Assembly: GCA_963768175.1 (NCBI GenBank)
Contig: CAVYGQ010000001.1
Span: 382,305 to 446,304 of the forward strand
Reading direction: 5' to 3'
DNA: 64,000 nucleotides
Source: Candidatus Doudnabacteria bacterium
Lineage (GTDB): Bacteria; Patescibacteriota; Doudnabacteria; UBA920
The position numbers and the translations under genes were made by a program. This document shows positions 19,161-29,788 of the stretch, one piece after another. Position 1 is the stretch's first letter. Every line of letters begins with the position of its first letter. Below the pieces are notes generated by a model, which was not told the origin of the DNA, ran no database searches, and saw only the letters and a list, made by a program, of their open reading frames with translations.

Positions 19161-20090
19161 CTAATGGAGGATAATTGTCGAATTAAGCACGCCATCACGG
19201 CCGATTACGGCTTTTGACCTCGCCAAAACCGTCAAATCTTTATTAATCCCCGCTTTGCTGACTATAAGCAAATACCTGCCTTTGTTGGCCCTGAGCAGGA
19301 ACTGCCCGCTCTCTTTAACAACAGCCTTGCCAAAACTGATTTCCGGAAATTTGGCATCGCGCAATTCCAAGAATAAATATTCCCCCGGAGCCAAAACAAC
19401 TTTGGTTTTAATCCTGCCCCAAAGCCTACAGTCGGGCAAAGATAGGGAAACCACAAGCAACAGCAAATAGATTCCGGCAACAGCATAAAGAGATAACGGG
19501 ATTTTGGGGAAAGTGGCACAAATAAAAATCCCGTCCAAAATAAAACCAAACCAAAAAATTACTGAAACCAATATTTTAAAAAAATGTTTCAGATACGGAT
19601 ACTTTTTTACAACGGACTGCTTGGCTTTTTGGTTCCAATCCGCGGCTGCCGGATCCATGGGGATATTCGGTGCCACAACTTCGTAATCTTGGTGAAGCGA
19701 AAAAAACTCCCCATGATATAAATTTTCATAAATCCCGTCGGTGTCCCCCGGGGCATACCTGGAAGGAAACAAATAGTTGGTTTTGCGGACATAAATTTTA
19801 AATTTTCCCGGGCGCGCCAAAAAACCGTAGCGGCCGGCAATGTCGGTAACGCAAGTCTCCGCCTCCCTGCCGTCAACATACAGCAGCTTAACAATTACCG
19901 GGTCCAGCGGCTGTTTGCTCACACTATCATAAACAATGCCCCAAAACTGTTTAGTTTGTTTAAGGCTGAAAAAATTTAGGACTGAATTTAGCAGCCTTAA
20001 AATTGTGAACCAAAAAATGGACAAACTGCGCCGCACGCGGTACTGTTTAATTTGATTATCCTTTTGATTTTGTAAGTTTGTTTCGGGCAT
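19161..20090 (-). CDS. Membrane protein with carboxypeptidase-regulatory-like (prealbumin-fold) domains
   Basis: WGIVYDSVSKQPLDP, TD..GRYGFL..PG; central TM pair; start moved to MPETNL. Confidence 0.7.
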   Translation of the reverse strand: MPETNLQNQKDNQIKQYRVRRSLSIFWFTILRLLNSVLNFFSLKQTKQFWGIVYDSVSKQPLDPVIVKLLYVDGREAETCVTDIAGRYGFLARPGKFKIYVRKTNYLFPSRYAPGDTDGIYENLYHGEFFSLHQDYEVVAPNIPMDPAAADWNQKAKQSVVKKYPYLKHFFKILVSVIFWFGFILDGIFICATFPKIPLSLYAVAGIYLLLLVVSLSLPDCRLWGRIKTKVVLAPGEYLFLELRDAKFPEISFGKAVVKESGQFLLRANKGRYLLIVSKAGINKDLTVLARSKAVIGRDGVLNSTIILH

Positions 20091-20188
20091 GATCGGAAGG
20101 TCGGATAAATTGGAAGGTCGGATAAATCGGAATTTCCGATTTTCTGATTTTCCGAACTCTCCGAAAAACACTAAAACATTTTAAAATC

Positions 20189-21022
20189 TTACCTAACTTT
20201 CTGTTTTGCTACTTTTAACACATTAACCAACAGCTCCGCCACCGTTACCGGCCCCACTCCGCCGGGCACCGGAGAAATAAAACCTGCCACATCTTTTACC
20301 GACTCCGGATCAACATCACCGACAATGCCCCCCTGGCTTTCCGAAGTCCCGGCGTCAATAATTATTGAATCCGGTTTTATTTTTTGACCGGTTATTAATT
20401 TAGCCTTGCCCGCGGCGGAAACAATTACGTCTGCCGCCGCCATCAACTCGGATGTGTTTTCACTATATTTATCGGCTGTAGTGACAGCCAGACCCCGTTG
20501 TTGGAGCAAAAAAGCAACCGGCCGCCCCACAAGCTCGCCCCGGCCCACCACCAAAAATTTTTTCTCCCTTAAACTTATTTCCAAACTGTCCAAAATGGCC
20601 ATCACCGCTTTAGCTGTAGGAAACTCCAAAAAAGCCTTACCTTGATAAAATGAATCGGTATTTGTTTTCCCGGTGCAATCGACGTCTATTTTCGGATCTA
20701 TAGAATCTAAAATTGCCTGCTTGTTGAACCCCTCGGGTAAAGGTAACTGGACAATCATGCCACACATATCCGGTTCTCGGCTAATTTTCTTTATTTCGGC
20801 AATAAGAGCGCCCGTGGAGATGCTTCCCGAAAAATTGGCGCGGCGAAATTTAAAACCCAGCTTTTCTGCAGCTTTGGCCTTCATCCCCACATACTGCCTG
20901 GATGCGGAATCCTCCCCCACCAACACGTCGCAAAATACGGGCTGAAAGGGAAGTTTTGCAACTTCGGTTTTTACCTCGTTTAAAATCCTTCTGGCGATTT
21001 TTCTGCCGTCTATAATTTGCAT
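20189..21022 (-). CDS. folD: Methylenetetrahydrofolate dehydrogenase/cyclohydrolase
   Basis: VQLPLP, DVD, GRGELVGRP, PVPGGVGPVT. Confidence 0.95.
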   Translation of the reverse strand: MQIIDGRKIARRILNEVKTEVAKLPFQPVFCDVLVGEDSASRQYVGMKAKAAEKLGFKFRRANFSGSISTGALIAEIKKISREPDMCGMIVQLPLPEGFNKQAILDSIDPKIDVDCTGKTNTDSFYQGKAFLEFPTAKAVMAILDSLEISLREKKFLVVGRGELVGRPVAFLLQQRGLAVTTADKYSENTSELMAAADVIVSAAGKAKLITGQKIKPDSIIIDAGTSESQGGIVGDVDPESVKDVAGFISPVPGGVGPVTVAELLVNVLKVAKQKVR

Positions 21023-21247
21023 TAAAAAATATTACCTTTTTACTATATCAAAAAATAAGACTTTAGACAAAAAAAGGGAACGGATCTCGTCCCTCTTTGA
21101 CCGTCACCACTTATAAAACATTTTTTTTGAAACCATGCCAGCTACGGCCAAAAGGGCACTTCCGGCCCCGGCAAAATATATTTAACCTTCTTCGCTACTA
21201 CTAATTAGTTATCAACACCCCCCCCCACGAGCCACTATTTATAAATT

Positions 21248-23201
21248 TTATTTTTTATACCTATTAGTTGCCCACCACAAAAGGACATCCTTGACTACGG
21301 GTTCGGCCACGGCATTACCTTCGCCGCCGGCTTCCACCAAAACAGTGACGACAATCTGGGGATGTTCATACGGCGCGTACGCGGTAAACCATGCGTGGGT
21401 GCGGCTTGGGTCGGAGCCGTCGAACTGGGAAGTTCCGGTCTTGCCGGCCGAGGTAATCGGCAAACTTTCTAAAGGCTTGGCCGTACCGGCGGTGACGGTC
21501 TGCCTCATGCCTTCCTGGACAATTTTAAAAACGTCCGGAGAAGCGATATTGGACACCAAAACTTTCGGCTGGTTTTGCCAAACCACCCGGCCATTTTGGT
21601 CAACGGCTTTTTGGGCGACTTGGGGCACGAAACCTGTACCTCCATTAGCGACTATGGCCGTCCATTCGGCCACCTGCAGCGGTGTTACCAAAACAAAGCC
21701 CTGGCCTATGCCCATATGGTATGTGTCGCCCAAATACCATTTGCCCAAAAGCGGGTCGTTATTGTAATAATTCATTTTCCAATCCGGATCCGGCACCAAA
21801 CCCGGCTGTTCTCCGGGAATATCTATTCCCAAAACCTTGCCTAAGCCGAATTTCCTAAAATATTCCGCCAGCTTATTTGCACCCAACCCCGCTAAAGAAC
21901 CGTTGGGCGAGCCGCCGGCAACCTCGTAAAAAAATATGTCGGAACTCAAGGCAATGGCGTTGCGCACAGTCATCGCCCCGAGCCCGCCCGGCTTCCAGCC
22001 GTGGAAATCATATTTTTGGGAAGGGTCAAACTGGTTGGGTACAACCAAATCTCCATTATCGACTATTTTTGTATTTTCGTTGATAACGCCTTCTTGTAGG
22101 CCGGCCGTGGCCGTCATGACTTTGGATGTTGAACCGGGAGGATACTGGCCTGCTATGACCCTGTCAAACATCGGCAGGTTTGGATCTTGTAAAAGTTTTT
22201 GGTAATCCTGCTGGCTTAAGCCTGCGGCAAAAAGATTGTTGTCAAACCCGGGCAAACTAACTAAAGCCAAAACGGCGCCGCTGCGCGGGTCTAAAGCAAT
22301 GGCGGCCGCTTTTGGCGATTTAATGGTGGATAAATCTTGGTACAAACGATCCTGCAGTCCCTTATCCAAATTTAACACCAGTTTGTCGCCGGGGGTAGGG
22401 CTGTTTTCCCCAAGGTCGCTTAAGAATTTTCCGGTGGCGTCTACCTCTATAATGTCGGCGCCGTTATTGCCGTGCAAATATTTTTCATAGGAGGCTTCTA
22501 CGCCGGTTTTGCCGATAAAATCAACCGTGGCGTACAAGTCCTTATCTTGCCGATCTAAATCCCCCGGCGAAACAAGGCCGGTAAAACCTAAAACGCTGGC
22601 AAAAGCATTGGGATCCAAGTATTGCCTAACTGGAATCTGCTGGGCCTCAAAACCCGGGAACTGGCTGTTTTGGGTTTGAAACAAAATGCTTTGCTCCTCT
22701 GTCAACCCCTGCTTGATTTCAACAGGATCGACCGAATTTTTATCTATGGCCTGAAGTTTTTTGCTTACATCCCCGGCGTCCAAAGAAAAAGTTTGCGCGA
22801 AGTTCGTTATTTCTTTTTGCAGATCGGACTGATTTTTTGGCAAATCAAATGGTATGGCCACAAGATTAAAACTCGCGACATTTTGCGCCAAAACTTGGCC
22901 GGAATTGTCAACAATCAAGCCCCGGGTGCGCCAACAGTACCCGGCTTCTTATTTGGTTATTGTTGGCCAACAAACGAAAATTCGCCCCTTGGATAATCTG
23001 CAAGTAAAATATTCTGCCCCCAAGTAGCAAAAACGCGCCAAACAAAACCAGCCAGAGCCACTTTGTTTTTGGGGCGCTGCGCTCCGCGTCATGGATATCG
23101 TCCACCGGGCTCTGCGCATCCACGGCCGACTCCTCCCACTCAAGGGGTTTTTGGTTGTTGCCGGCATTTAAGCTGGTATATATTTCAAAAGGATTTTTCA
23201 T
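21248..23201 (-). pseudogene. mrdA: Penicillin-binding protein 2, split by a +1 frameshift near 22927
   Basis: N-terminal TM ORF 22908-23201 plus transpeptidase ORF 21248-22918 (STSK, SSD, KTGT); GCG C[A]CC CGG GGC restores APRG. Confidence 0.88.
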
Positions 23202-23277
23202 AAGACCATTTGCGGAATAACATTTTGGCTAATCCCCCCCAGAAAAACGTCTTTTAGGGATATCCGTAAATCCTAAA

Positions 23278-23814
23278 TTATCTCACCACTCCCCTGCGGC
23301 GGATATCCATATTGTCCACAAAATTCCTTAAAAAAGTAAAAAATAAATACACGGGGTACAACAGCAGCCAATTGTAAAAAAAATTTACCAAAAACTGCGA
23401 AATAAAAATTTTTATTCCGGTGTATTGGACGGTCCAGCTTAACTTAAAAGCCATTAACCCATAAACCCAAATAATAAGGCTGAAAAAAGCCAAAGCCACC
23501 AGCAAAACCGCGCTTAAAGTTTTCCAGTTAAGCTCCGCCAATAATACGTTGGTCACGAACAAATGAGCGCACAGGGACACGACCAAAAAAGCCAAAGTAA
23601 AACCGCCAAAAAAACTCCCGGAATAAAAATCCAAAAACAGGCCCGAAATTAAGGCGATGAAAAAAAAGTCGTAATCTTTTTTTTCCAAAGCGAAAAACAG
23701 AGTTAACAAAAACAGTAAATTGGGAATCTGGCTTTGAATTTGCAGATTGTTAAATAAACCCAAATTCACTCCCAGTAAAATTATTATGGCGATGAGGTAA
23801 ATGAGATACTTCAT
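23278..23814 (-). CDS. mreD: Rod shape-determining protein MreD
   Basis: 5 TM helices, GLFLD motif, between mreC and mrdA. Confidence 0.85.
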   Translation of the reverse strand: MKYLIYLIAIIILLGVNLGLFNNLQIQSQIPNLLFLLTLFFALEKKDYDFFFIALISGLFLDFYSGSFFGGFTLAFLVVSLCAHLFVTNVLLAELNWKTLSAVLLVALAFFSLIIWVYGLMAFKLSWTVQYTGIKIFISQFLVNFFYNWLLLYPVYLFFTFLRNFVDNMDIRRRGVVR

Positions 23815-23915
23815 ACATTCAATGACAAAAATTAAAAAAATGACAAAATTGACAAAAATATACTGCAGCTAATTTTTGCTCATTTCCTTCGTTTTCGTCA
23901 TTTTTGTTCATTTGG

Positions 23916-24716
23916 TTACTGTTTAACCACGAACACAAACTGCAAGTTGTCAAAATCTATGGGGCTAAGCAGGGCGGCCCTTTTAAACAGGTCGTTATCC
24001 GATGACAAAATATCGCTGACCTGACCGATTAAAATATTTTTGGGAATTTTTGCGTTTATGCCCGCGGTAACCACCAGCCAGCCCTTTTGCAAATCGGAGG
24101 TTTGCTGGACCTGGTCTAAAATCAACCCGGAACCAAAAGAGCCTTTAACCAAGGCCGTGGCGTTGGTTTGACTGACACGGGCGTCGGTAGAAAAGTTGGA
24201 ATCGGTGATGAGTAGCACGGTGCAGGATGAAGGTCCGGCGTAAATAATTTTTCCCACCAAATAGCCCTGGGAAATAACCGCCTGGCCCTCGTTTACGCCG
24301 TCACGGCTTCCGCAATTCAAAATCAAGGCATTGGTTTGGCCGAAAGGATTTTCTGACAACACCGTGCAGGCCACTAAAGGCTGAGAAGTATTTTTTACAA
24401 ACCCCAATTCCGCCCGAAGCGCCTGATTTTCCAGGCTTTGCTGGTTTTTGTCCACCAACTGCTGCTCCAGCTGCACCACCTGGGCCCTAAGTTGTCCGTT
24501 CTCCTGGCTGATTTTATCCAATTGATAAATAGTGGAAAAAAAAGTCTTTACAGGATGAGTAACGCCGTTAACCAGTGCCACGACCGGCCGGGGAACCTCC
24601 AAAAAAGCTATTCTAATAGGGTCCAGCCAACCTTTAAACTGCAGGAACACCAAAAACGCGAGCGCCAAAACGCAAGCCCCAAAAATCACAAAAGCTTTAG
24701 TATAAATAAAACGCAT
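23916..24716 (-). CDS. mreC: Rod shape-determining protein MreC
   Basis: TM, coiled coil EN..LR..L, LVGKI, VVTAG. Confidence 0.92.
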   Translation of the reverse strand: MRFIYTKAFVIFGACVLALAFLVFLQFKGWLDPIRIAFLEVPRPVVALVNGVTHPVKTFFSTIYQLDKISQENGQLRAQVVQLEQQLVDKNQQSLENQALRAELGFVKNTSQPLVACTVLSENPFGQTNALILNCGSRDGVNEGQAVISQGYLVGKIIYAGPSSCTVLLITDSNFSTDARVSQTNATALVKGSFGSGLILDQVQQTSDLQKGWLVVTAGINAKIPKNILIGQVSDILSSDNDLFKRAALLSPIDFDNLQFVFVVKQ

Positions 24717-24819
24717 AAGACTAATGACAAAAATTAAAAAAATGACAAAATTGACAAAAATACACTGCAGCTAATTTTTACTCATTTCCGTCGTTTTTGT
24801 CATTTTTGCTCATTTCTTC

Positions 24820-25872
24820 TTACCTCGGTATCTTCGCGAACTCCGTAGGGACCAGCACGTCTTTTAACACCTCCAAATCTTCCACTACCACCCCCGCCCC
24901 ACGCACCACGCAGGTTAGCGGGTCTTCGGCAATATTCACAGGCATGGCCGTAACTTCGCGCACCAATTTGTCCAAACCGCGCAGCAAAGAGCCGCCACCG
25001 GCCATAATTATGCCTTTGTCCAAAATATCGGAAATCAGCTCCGGCGGAACTTCCTCAATAACGGCCTTAATGCTGTTAACAATACTCCTTAAGCTGTGCA
25101 TTAAGGCTTCGCGCACCTGCGTGTCGGAAATAGTCACTTCTTTGGGCAGGCCCGAGACTAAATCACGCCCGCGCATTTGCGCGTAAAGCGGTTGGCCGAG
25201 AGGGTAAGCGCTGCCGATTTTTATTTTTACGTCTTCGGCGCTGCGCTCGCCCAAAAGCAGATTAAAATTCTCGCGCGCGTACTGGATAATATTTTCATCC
25301 ATTTCATCCCCGGCTATACGGATACTTTTGGAAAGGACAATGCCGCCCAAAGAAATAACGGCAATCTCCGTAGTGCCTCCGCCGATGTCCACAATCATGT
25401 TACCCGTGGCGTCCTGAACGTTAAGCCTGGCCCCAATGGCCGCGGCCATAGGCTCTTCTATTAAATAAGCGCGGGCCGCACCGGCGTTAATGGCCGCGTC
25501 CTGCACGGCCCTGCGCTCCACCTCGGTAACGCCGGAAGGGATACCAATGACCACGCGCGGGCGGCGCAAAAAACTGTAGGTTTGTGCGTGGACTTTGTCT
25601 ATAAAATACCGGAGCATGGCTTCGGTAACTTCAAAATCTGAAATCACGCCGTCCACTAAAGGCCTGGTGGCCACAATGTGCGGCGGTGTGCGGCCCACCA
25701 TCAGCCTGGCTTCGTTGCCGATGGCCAAAATCTGCTTTGTGCGCTGGTTTACGGCAACTACGGAAGGCTCATTAATAACAATCCCCTTGCCTTTCACGTA
25801 GACAAGAGTGTTCGCCGTACCTAAATCTATGCCGATGTCTTTGCTGAATTTTTTGTAAAAGTTGCCAAACAT
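24820..25872 (-). CDS. mreB: Rod shape-determining protein MreB
   Basis: DIGIDLGTANT, EPMAAAIGA, DIGGGTT. Confidence 0.98.
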   Translation of the reverse strand: MFGNFYKKFSKDIGIDLGTANTLVYVKGKGIVINEPSVVAVNQRTKQILAIGNEARLMVGRTPPHIVATRPLVDGVISDFEVTEAMLRYFIDKVHAQTYSFLRRPRVVIGIPSGVTEVERRAVQDAAINAGAARAYLIEEPMAAAIGARLNVQDATGNMIVDIGGGTTEIAVISLGGIVLSKSIRIAGDEMDENIIQYARENFNLLLGERSAEDVKIKIGSAYPLGQPLYAQMRGRDLVSGLPKEVTISDTQVREALMHSLRSIVNSIKAVIEEVPPELISDILDKGIIMAGGGSLLRGLDKLVREVTAMPVNIAEDPLTCVVRGAGVVVEDLEVLKDVLVPTEFAKIPR

Positions 25873-25907
25873 TGTATAAAGTTTCAAAATTTATATTATA
25901 TTATAGC

Positions 25908-25997
25908 GGCGTCATCCTGAACCCGAAGTAGCAGACGAGGGATGAAGGATCTCTTGATGAGATTCCTCGCTCGGATGCTACTGCTCAGAATGACGCC
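25908..25997. repeat. Empty GIY-YIG-associated palindrome (GTCATCCTGA..TCAGAATGAC family)
   Basis: ggcgtcatcctga...gaaggatctc-ttgat-gagattcctc...tcagaatgacgcc. Confidence 0.8.
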
Positions 25998-26036
25998 TGT
26001 GTTTTAGTATTTGATTTTTGATTTTTGCGTCTTGCC

Positions 26037-27263
26037 TTATTTTGCCAATAAGACAATCAACTCTTTGATTTTCACCAATTTCGCTTCTGTCTCCAAACGC
26101 TTTTTTACTTCTACCGATTCCTGCGCCAAGGTCTTTTCCGAAACGATTATGCGATATGGAATGCCGATTAAATCGCTATCCGCGAATTTTACGCCAGGAC
26201 TTACGTCCCTATCATCATATAATACCTCAATCTGGGCATTTAATAAAGTCTGGTAAATTTCATCAGCCTTGGCTTCTGCGCCGTTGAGCGCCAAAAGATG
26301 GACTTTAAACGGGGCTACGGCTTCCGGCCAAATTATACCTTTATCGTCGTGGAATTTTTCCACAATAACACCCATTGCGCGGGTAGTGCCCAAACCATAG
26401 CAGCCCATTAAAACAATTTTTTTACTCCCGTCCCGCGCCGCGTACTGTAAATCAAAAGCTTTGGAATATTTGTCCTGCAACTTAAAAATATTGCCGACTT
26501 CCGAGCCCTTGGTTTCCCGCCAGGAAGTTTTGCCGCAATTTGAACACTTCGCGCCGTTTTGATAGATTTCCTTATTTTTTGCGAGCCGGCACTTTTCACA
26601 AACATAAATCGTATCCTCACCGTTTTCAATTTCAACCTGATACTCGTGGGAATATTTGGAAAAAGTTCCGCCTGAGGCCTCCGTCAAAATCGCGTCAAGA
26701 CCTAATCGCTTATAAACCGCCTCATAAGCCGGGATGGCTTTTTTGTTGTAATACTCTTCCAAATCTTCGGCATCCGCGTGAAAACTATACAAATCTTTCA
26801 TCCTAAATTCTCTGGTGCGCAATAAGCCGGTCTTGGCGCGCGGCTCATCCCGGAATTTGGTCTGAATTTGATAAACAGCCAAAGGCAAATCTTTATAACT
26901 GCTGATAATGGATTGAGCCGCGGGCGTAACGATTTCTTCATGAGTCGGCCCCAAGGCGTATTCGTTGCCGTGCTGGGATTTGATTTTAAACAATATGTCT
27001 AATGCAGCCCACCGGCCGGTCTTCTCCCAGTTTTCTTTGGGATGTAGCACTGACATAAACATTTCATCGCCGATTTTATCCATTTCGTCCCGAACAATGT
27101 TTTCAATTTTTTGCAGCACTCTTAAGCCCAATGGCAAAAAAGTATAAACCCCGGCCAGGACTTTTTGCACAAACCCGCCCTGCTCCAATAATTTGGCGTT
27201 TACCGACAAGTCATCGGCAGGAGTGGTTTTAGAAGTTTTTAAAAAATATTTACTTTGGCGCAT
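26037..27263 (-). CDS. proS: Proline--tRNA ligase (short form without editing domain)
   Basis: LGPTHEE, FRDEPRAKTGLLRTREF.MKD, MGCYGLG. Confidence 0.96.
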   Translation of the reverse strand: MRQSKYFLKTSKTTPADDLSVNAKLLEQGGFVQKVLAGVYTFLPLGLRVLQKIENIVRDEMDKIGDEMFMSVLHPKENWEKTGRWAALDILFKIKSQHGNEYALGPTHEEIVTPAAQSIISSYKDLPLAVYQIQTKFRDEPRAKTGLLRTREFRMKDLYSFHADAEDLEEYYNKKAIPAYEAVYKRLGLDAILTEASGGTFSKYSHEYQVEIENGEDTIYVCEKCRLAKNKEIYQNGAKCSNCGKTSWRETKGSEVGNIFKLQDKYSKAFDLQYAARDGSKKIVLMGCYGLGTTRAMGVIVEKFHDDKGIIWPEAVAPFKVHLLALNGAEAKADEIYQTLLNAQIEVLYDDRDVSPGVKFADSDLIGIPYRIIVSEKTLAQESVEVKKRLETEAKLVKIKELIVLLAK

Positions 27264-27362
27264 AAATAAATGTGGTTAGTTGTTTCCATCCCGACCGACG
27301 GCTGTCATCGCAATACTGAGCCGGCCGGAGTGGAGGGATCTGTTGTTTATTAATTGAGTGCC

Positions 27363-27653
27363 TTATATTCCCAAATTTTCAAATAAATCTTTCCAGCCCG
27401 GATTCATTTTTTCGATAAGAAAAATTTTCTTTTCTCTTCTCCAGTTTTTGAGCTGCTTTTCCCTAGCCAAGACTCCTTCAAAACTTTCACCTGCCTCATA
27501 ATACACTAATTTGTGGCATCTATATTTTTTTGTAAATCCATCCACGACGTCATTCTTATGTTCAAATACCCTTTTTCTTAAATCCGAAGTGAAGCCAATA
27601 TATAATGCTCCGCTTAAACTGGACATAATATACACATAATACTGGCCATCCAT
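27363..27653 (-). CDS. GIY-YIG nuclease enclosed in the loop of a palindromic element (27281-27702)
   Basis: YYVYIM..LYIGFTSDL..RV.EH, FTKKY, REKQLKNWRREKK. Confidence 0.93.
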   Translation of the reverse strand: MDGQYYVYIMSSLSGALYIGFTSDLRKRVFEHKNDVVDGFTKKYRCHKLVYYEAGESFEGVLAREKQLKNWRREKKIFLIEKMNPGWKDLFENLGI

Positions 27654-27706
27654 ATATTTTAACAGATCCCTCGACTCGGATGCACTCGCTCGGGATGGAA
27701 CACTGG

Positions 27707-28960
27707 CTACTTCCTAATTATATCGTGCACCGTAACCGCTATCATTAATAAAATTAAAAATATGAAACCGGCGGTGTTTACGATTTGCTCAATTTTCTGG
27801 TTGTTGCGTTTGCGGCGGACAGCTTCTATACACAAAAACAGTATCCGACCGCCGTCTAAGGCCGGAAACGGGAGGATGTTAAGGACGGCTAAATTCAACG
27901 ATAAAAACGCCGTGAACTGCATTAAAAACACAAACCCCAAACCGGTAACTTGTCCGGTAAGCCTGGCTATTTGTATAGGGCCGCCTAAGGACGAAAAACC
28001 GATATGTTGGACAAATAAACTATACAATCCATAAACTATTCCAACAAGACCGGTAACTGTGGCCAATCCGCCCTGCCAAATTGCCGTATACCAGGGGTAT
28101 TTTAGCCTGCCGAGCAAAGAAACCTCAATGCCCGTGGCACCCTGCCCGGGAGCCGGATTTACGTCAGGAATAATTTGAAAATTCAGATGTTGTTGCCCCC
28201 TTTGCACCTGGAAATCTATAGCCTTCCCTTGATGGGAATTAATGTAGCGCTGAAAATCGTCTACGGAATTGAAAGCGTTGCCGTCTATGGATAAAATTAC
28301 GTCATTTGGTTTTATGCCGGCTTTATCGGCAGGTAAATTTTTTTCAACATCCAAAACCGCAGTTTCCGGATGGGTTAAGGTGGCGTGTGCCGGAACGTCG
28401 GCCAGGCTGTTAATTGCCACGGGAAGGCCTATCATATATCCGGCCGAAAGTATTACCCAAGCTAAAATAACATTCATTGCCACGCCTGCCACCAGCGTAA
28501 AAAACCGCGGCCAAAAACCTTTGTTAATAAAACTTCCCGGGTGGTCTTCGTTGTCGTTATTTTCGCCTAAGATTTTTACAAACCCGCCCAAAGGAATCCA
28601 GTTGATGGAATAAACAGTATAATTTGGATTAAACGGCGGGCGATGCCCCCAGGTAAAATGCCATTTTTTCTTTGGCGTAATCTCATTAACTTCTCTGACT
28701 GTATCGGTAATCTTTTCAACAACAACTTCCTGCCCCGACGATTCAATGTCTTCGGTGGAGAAAGAAACGGTTTCCGTTTTACTGACTTTTGTAACCTGAT
28801 TTTCCTTGGATACCTGGATACCGACAATTCTCGGCGGGAACCCAAAACCAAACTCTTCCACTACCATGCCGGATTTTTTGGCTACGATGAAATGGCCAAA
28901 CTCGTGGACGAATACGAGCAGGCCGAGGATGACTATAAAAATAATTATTGTTAAAAACAT
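27707..28960 (-). CDS. rseP: RIP metalloprotease RseP with PDZ domain
   Basis: HEFGH, PLGGFVKI, AGVAMN, NILPFPALDGG. Confidence 0.95.
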   Translation of the reverse strand: MFLTIIIFIVILGLLVFVHEFGHFIVAKKSGMVVEEFGFGFPPRIVGIQVSKENQVTKVSKTETVSFSTEDIESSGQEVVVEKITDTVREVNEITPKKKWHFTWGHRPPFNPNYTVYSINWIPLGGFVKILGENNDNEDHPGSFINKGFWPRFFTLVAGVAMNVILAWVILSAGYMIGLPVAINSLADVPAHATLTHPETAVLDVEKNLPADKAGIKPNDVILSIDGNAFNSVDDFQRYINSHQGKAIDFQVQRGQQHLNFQIIPDVNPAPGQGATGIEVSLLGRLKYPWYTAIWQGGLATVTGLVGIVYGLYSLFVQHIGFSSLGGPIQIARLTGQVTGLGFVFLMQFTAFLSLNLAVLNILPFPALDGGRILFLCIEAVRRKRNNQKIEQIVNTAGFIFLILLMIAVTVHDIIRK

Positions 28961-28980
28961 AGACTAATTACAATAAATTT

Positions 28981-29117
28981 GGCGTCATTCTGAACGAGTG
29001 CATCCGAGTGAAGAATCTCTAACTTTGATGAGATCCTTCGCCCTTACCCATTCGGCTACGCCCAAGGTGCTTTGAGCCCAGTCGAAAGGCAGATGCATTC
29101 GGGCTCAGGATGACGCC
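28981..29117. repeat. Empty GIY-YIG-associated palindrome with a nested REP
   Basis: ggcgtcattctga...gaagaatctc...gagatccttc...tcaggatgacgcc. Confidence 0.8.
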
Positions 29118-29123
29118 AAAGCA

Positions 29124-29681
29124 TTAAATCGTCATCACTTCCTTTTCTTTTGCCTCCGCGTGTTTCTTAATCTCTTCGTTATATTTATCCACTATTTCCT
29201 GAAGCTTTTTTTGGCCGGTTTCCAGCTGGTCTTTGCTGATCTTTTTATCGGCTTCCGCTTTCTTCATTTCTTTGTGGGTGGTTTCGCGCGCGTTGCGGAT
29301 GCCGATTTTTCCCTTTTCCGCCAACTGCCCCACGAGCTTTACCATCTCTTTTCTTCTTTCTTCGTTTAAAGCCGGCAGGTTAATACGGATTACTACGCCG
29401 TCACTGCTCGGGTTAAAACCTAAATTTGCCAATTGAATCCCTTTTTCAATAGCCTGGATTTGCCCTTTATCCCAGGGGCTAATGACTAAAGTTCTGGCAT
29501 CACTAACCGAAATCGAGGCCACGTGCTCCAGCGGCATTTTAGTGCCGTAGCTTTCCACTATTACGCTGTTAAGCAGCGCTGGGTTGGCTCGTCCGGTACG
29601 CACGCCGGAAAGTTCGTGCAAAAAATGTTCTAAGGCTTTTTCAAAATGTTCTTTGTTATCGTTTAAAATTTGGTCAATCAT
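29124..29681 (-). CDS. frr: Ribosome recycling factor
   Basis: RTGRANP, LNEERRKEMVK, IRNAR. Confidence 0.97.
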   Translation of the reverse strand: MIDQILNDNKEHFEKALEHFLHELSGVRTGRANPALLNSVIVESYGTKMPLEHVASISVSDARTLVISPWDKGQIQAIEKGIQLANLGFNPSSDGVVIRINLPALNEERRKEMVKLVGQLAEKGKIGIRNARETTHKEMKKAEADKKISKDQLETGQKKLQEIVDKYNEEIKKHAEAKEKEVMTI

Positions 29682-29788
29682 AGTAGCGACCCTAATACCC
29701 GAATTCCACCCGAATTATCCGAATTGGGCCCATTCGGGTCATTCGGTCCGCCAGCTGGCGGATAATTCGTGTCATTCGTGTCGGTTAA

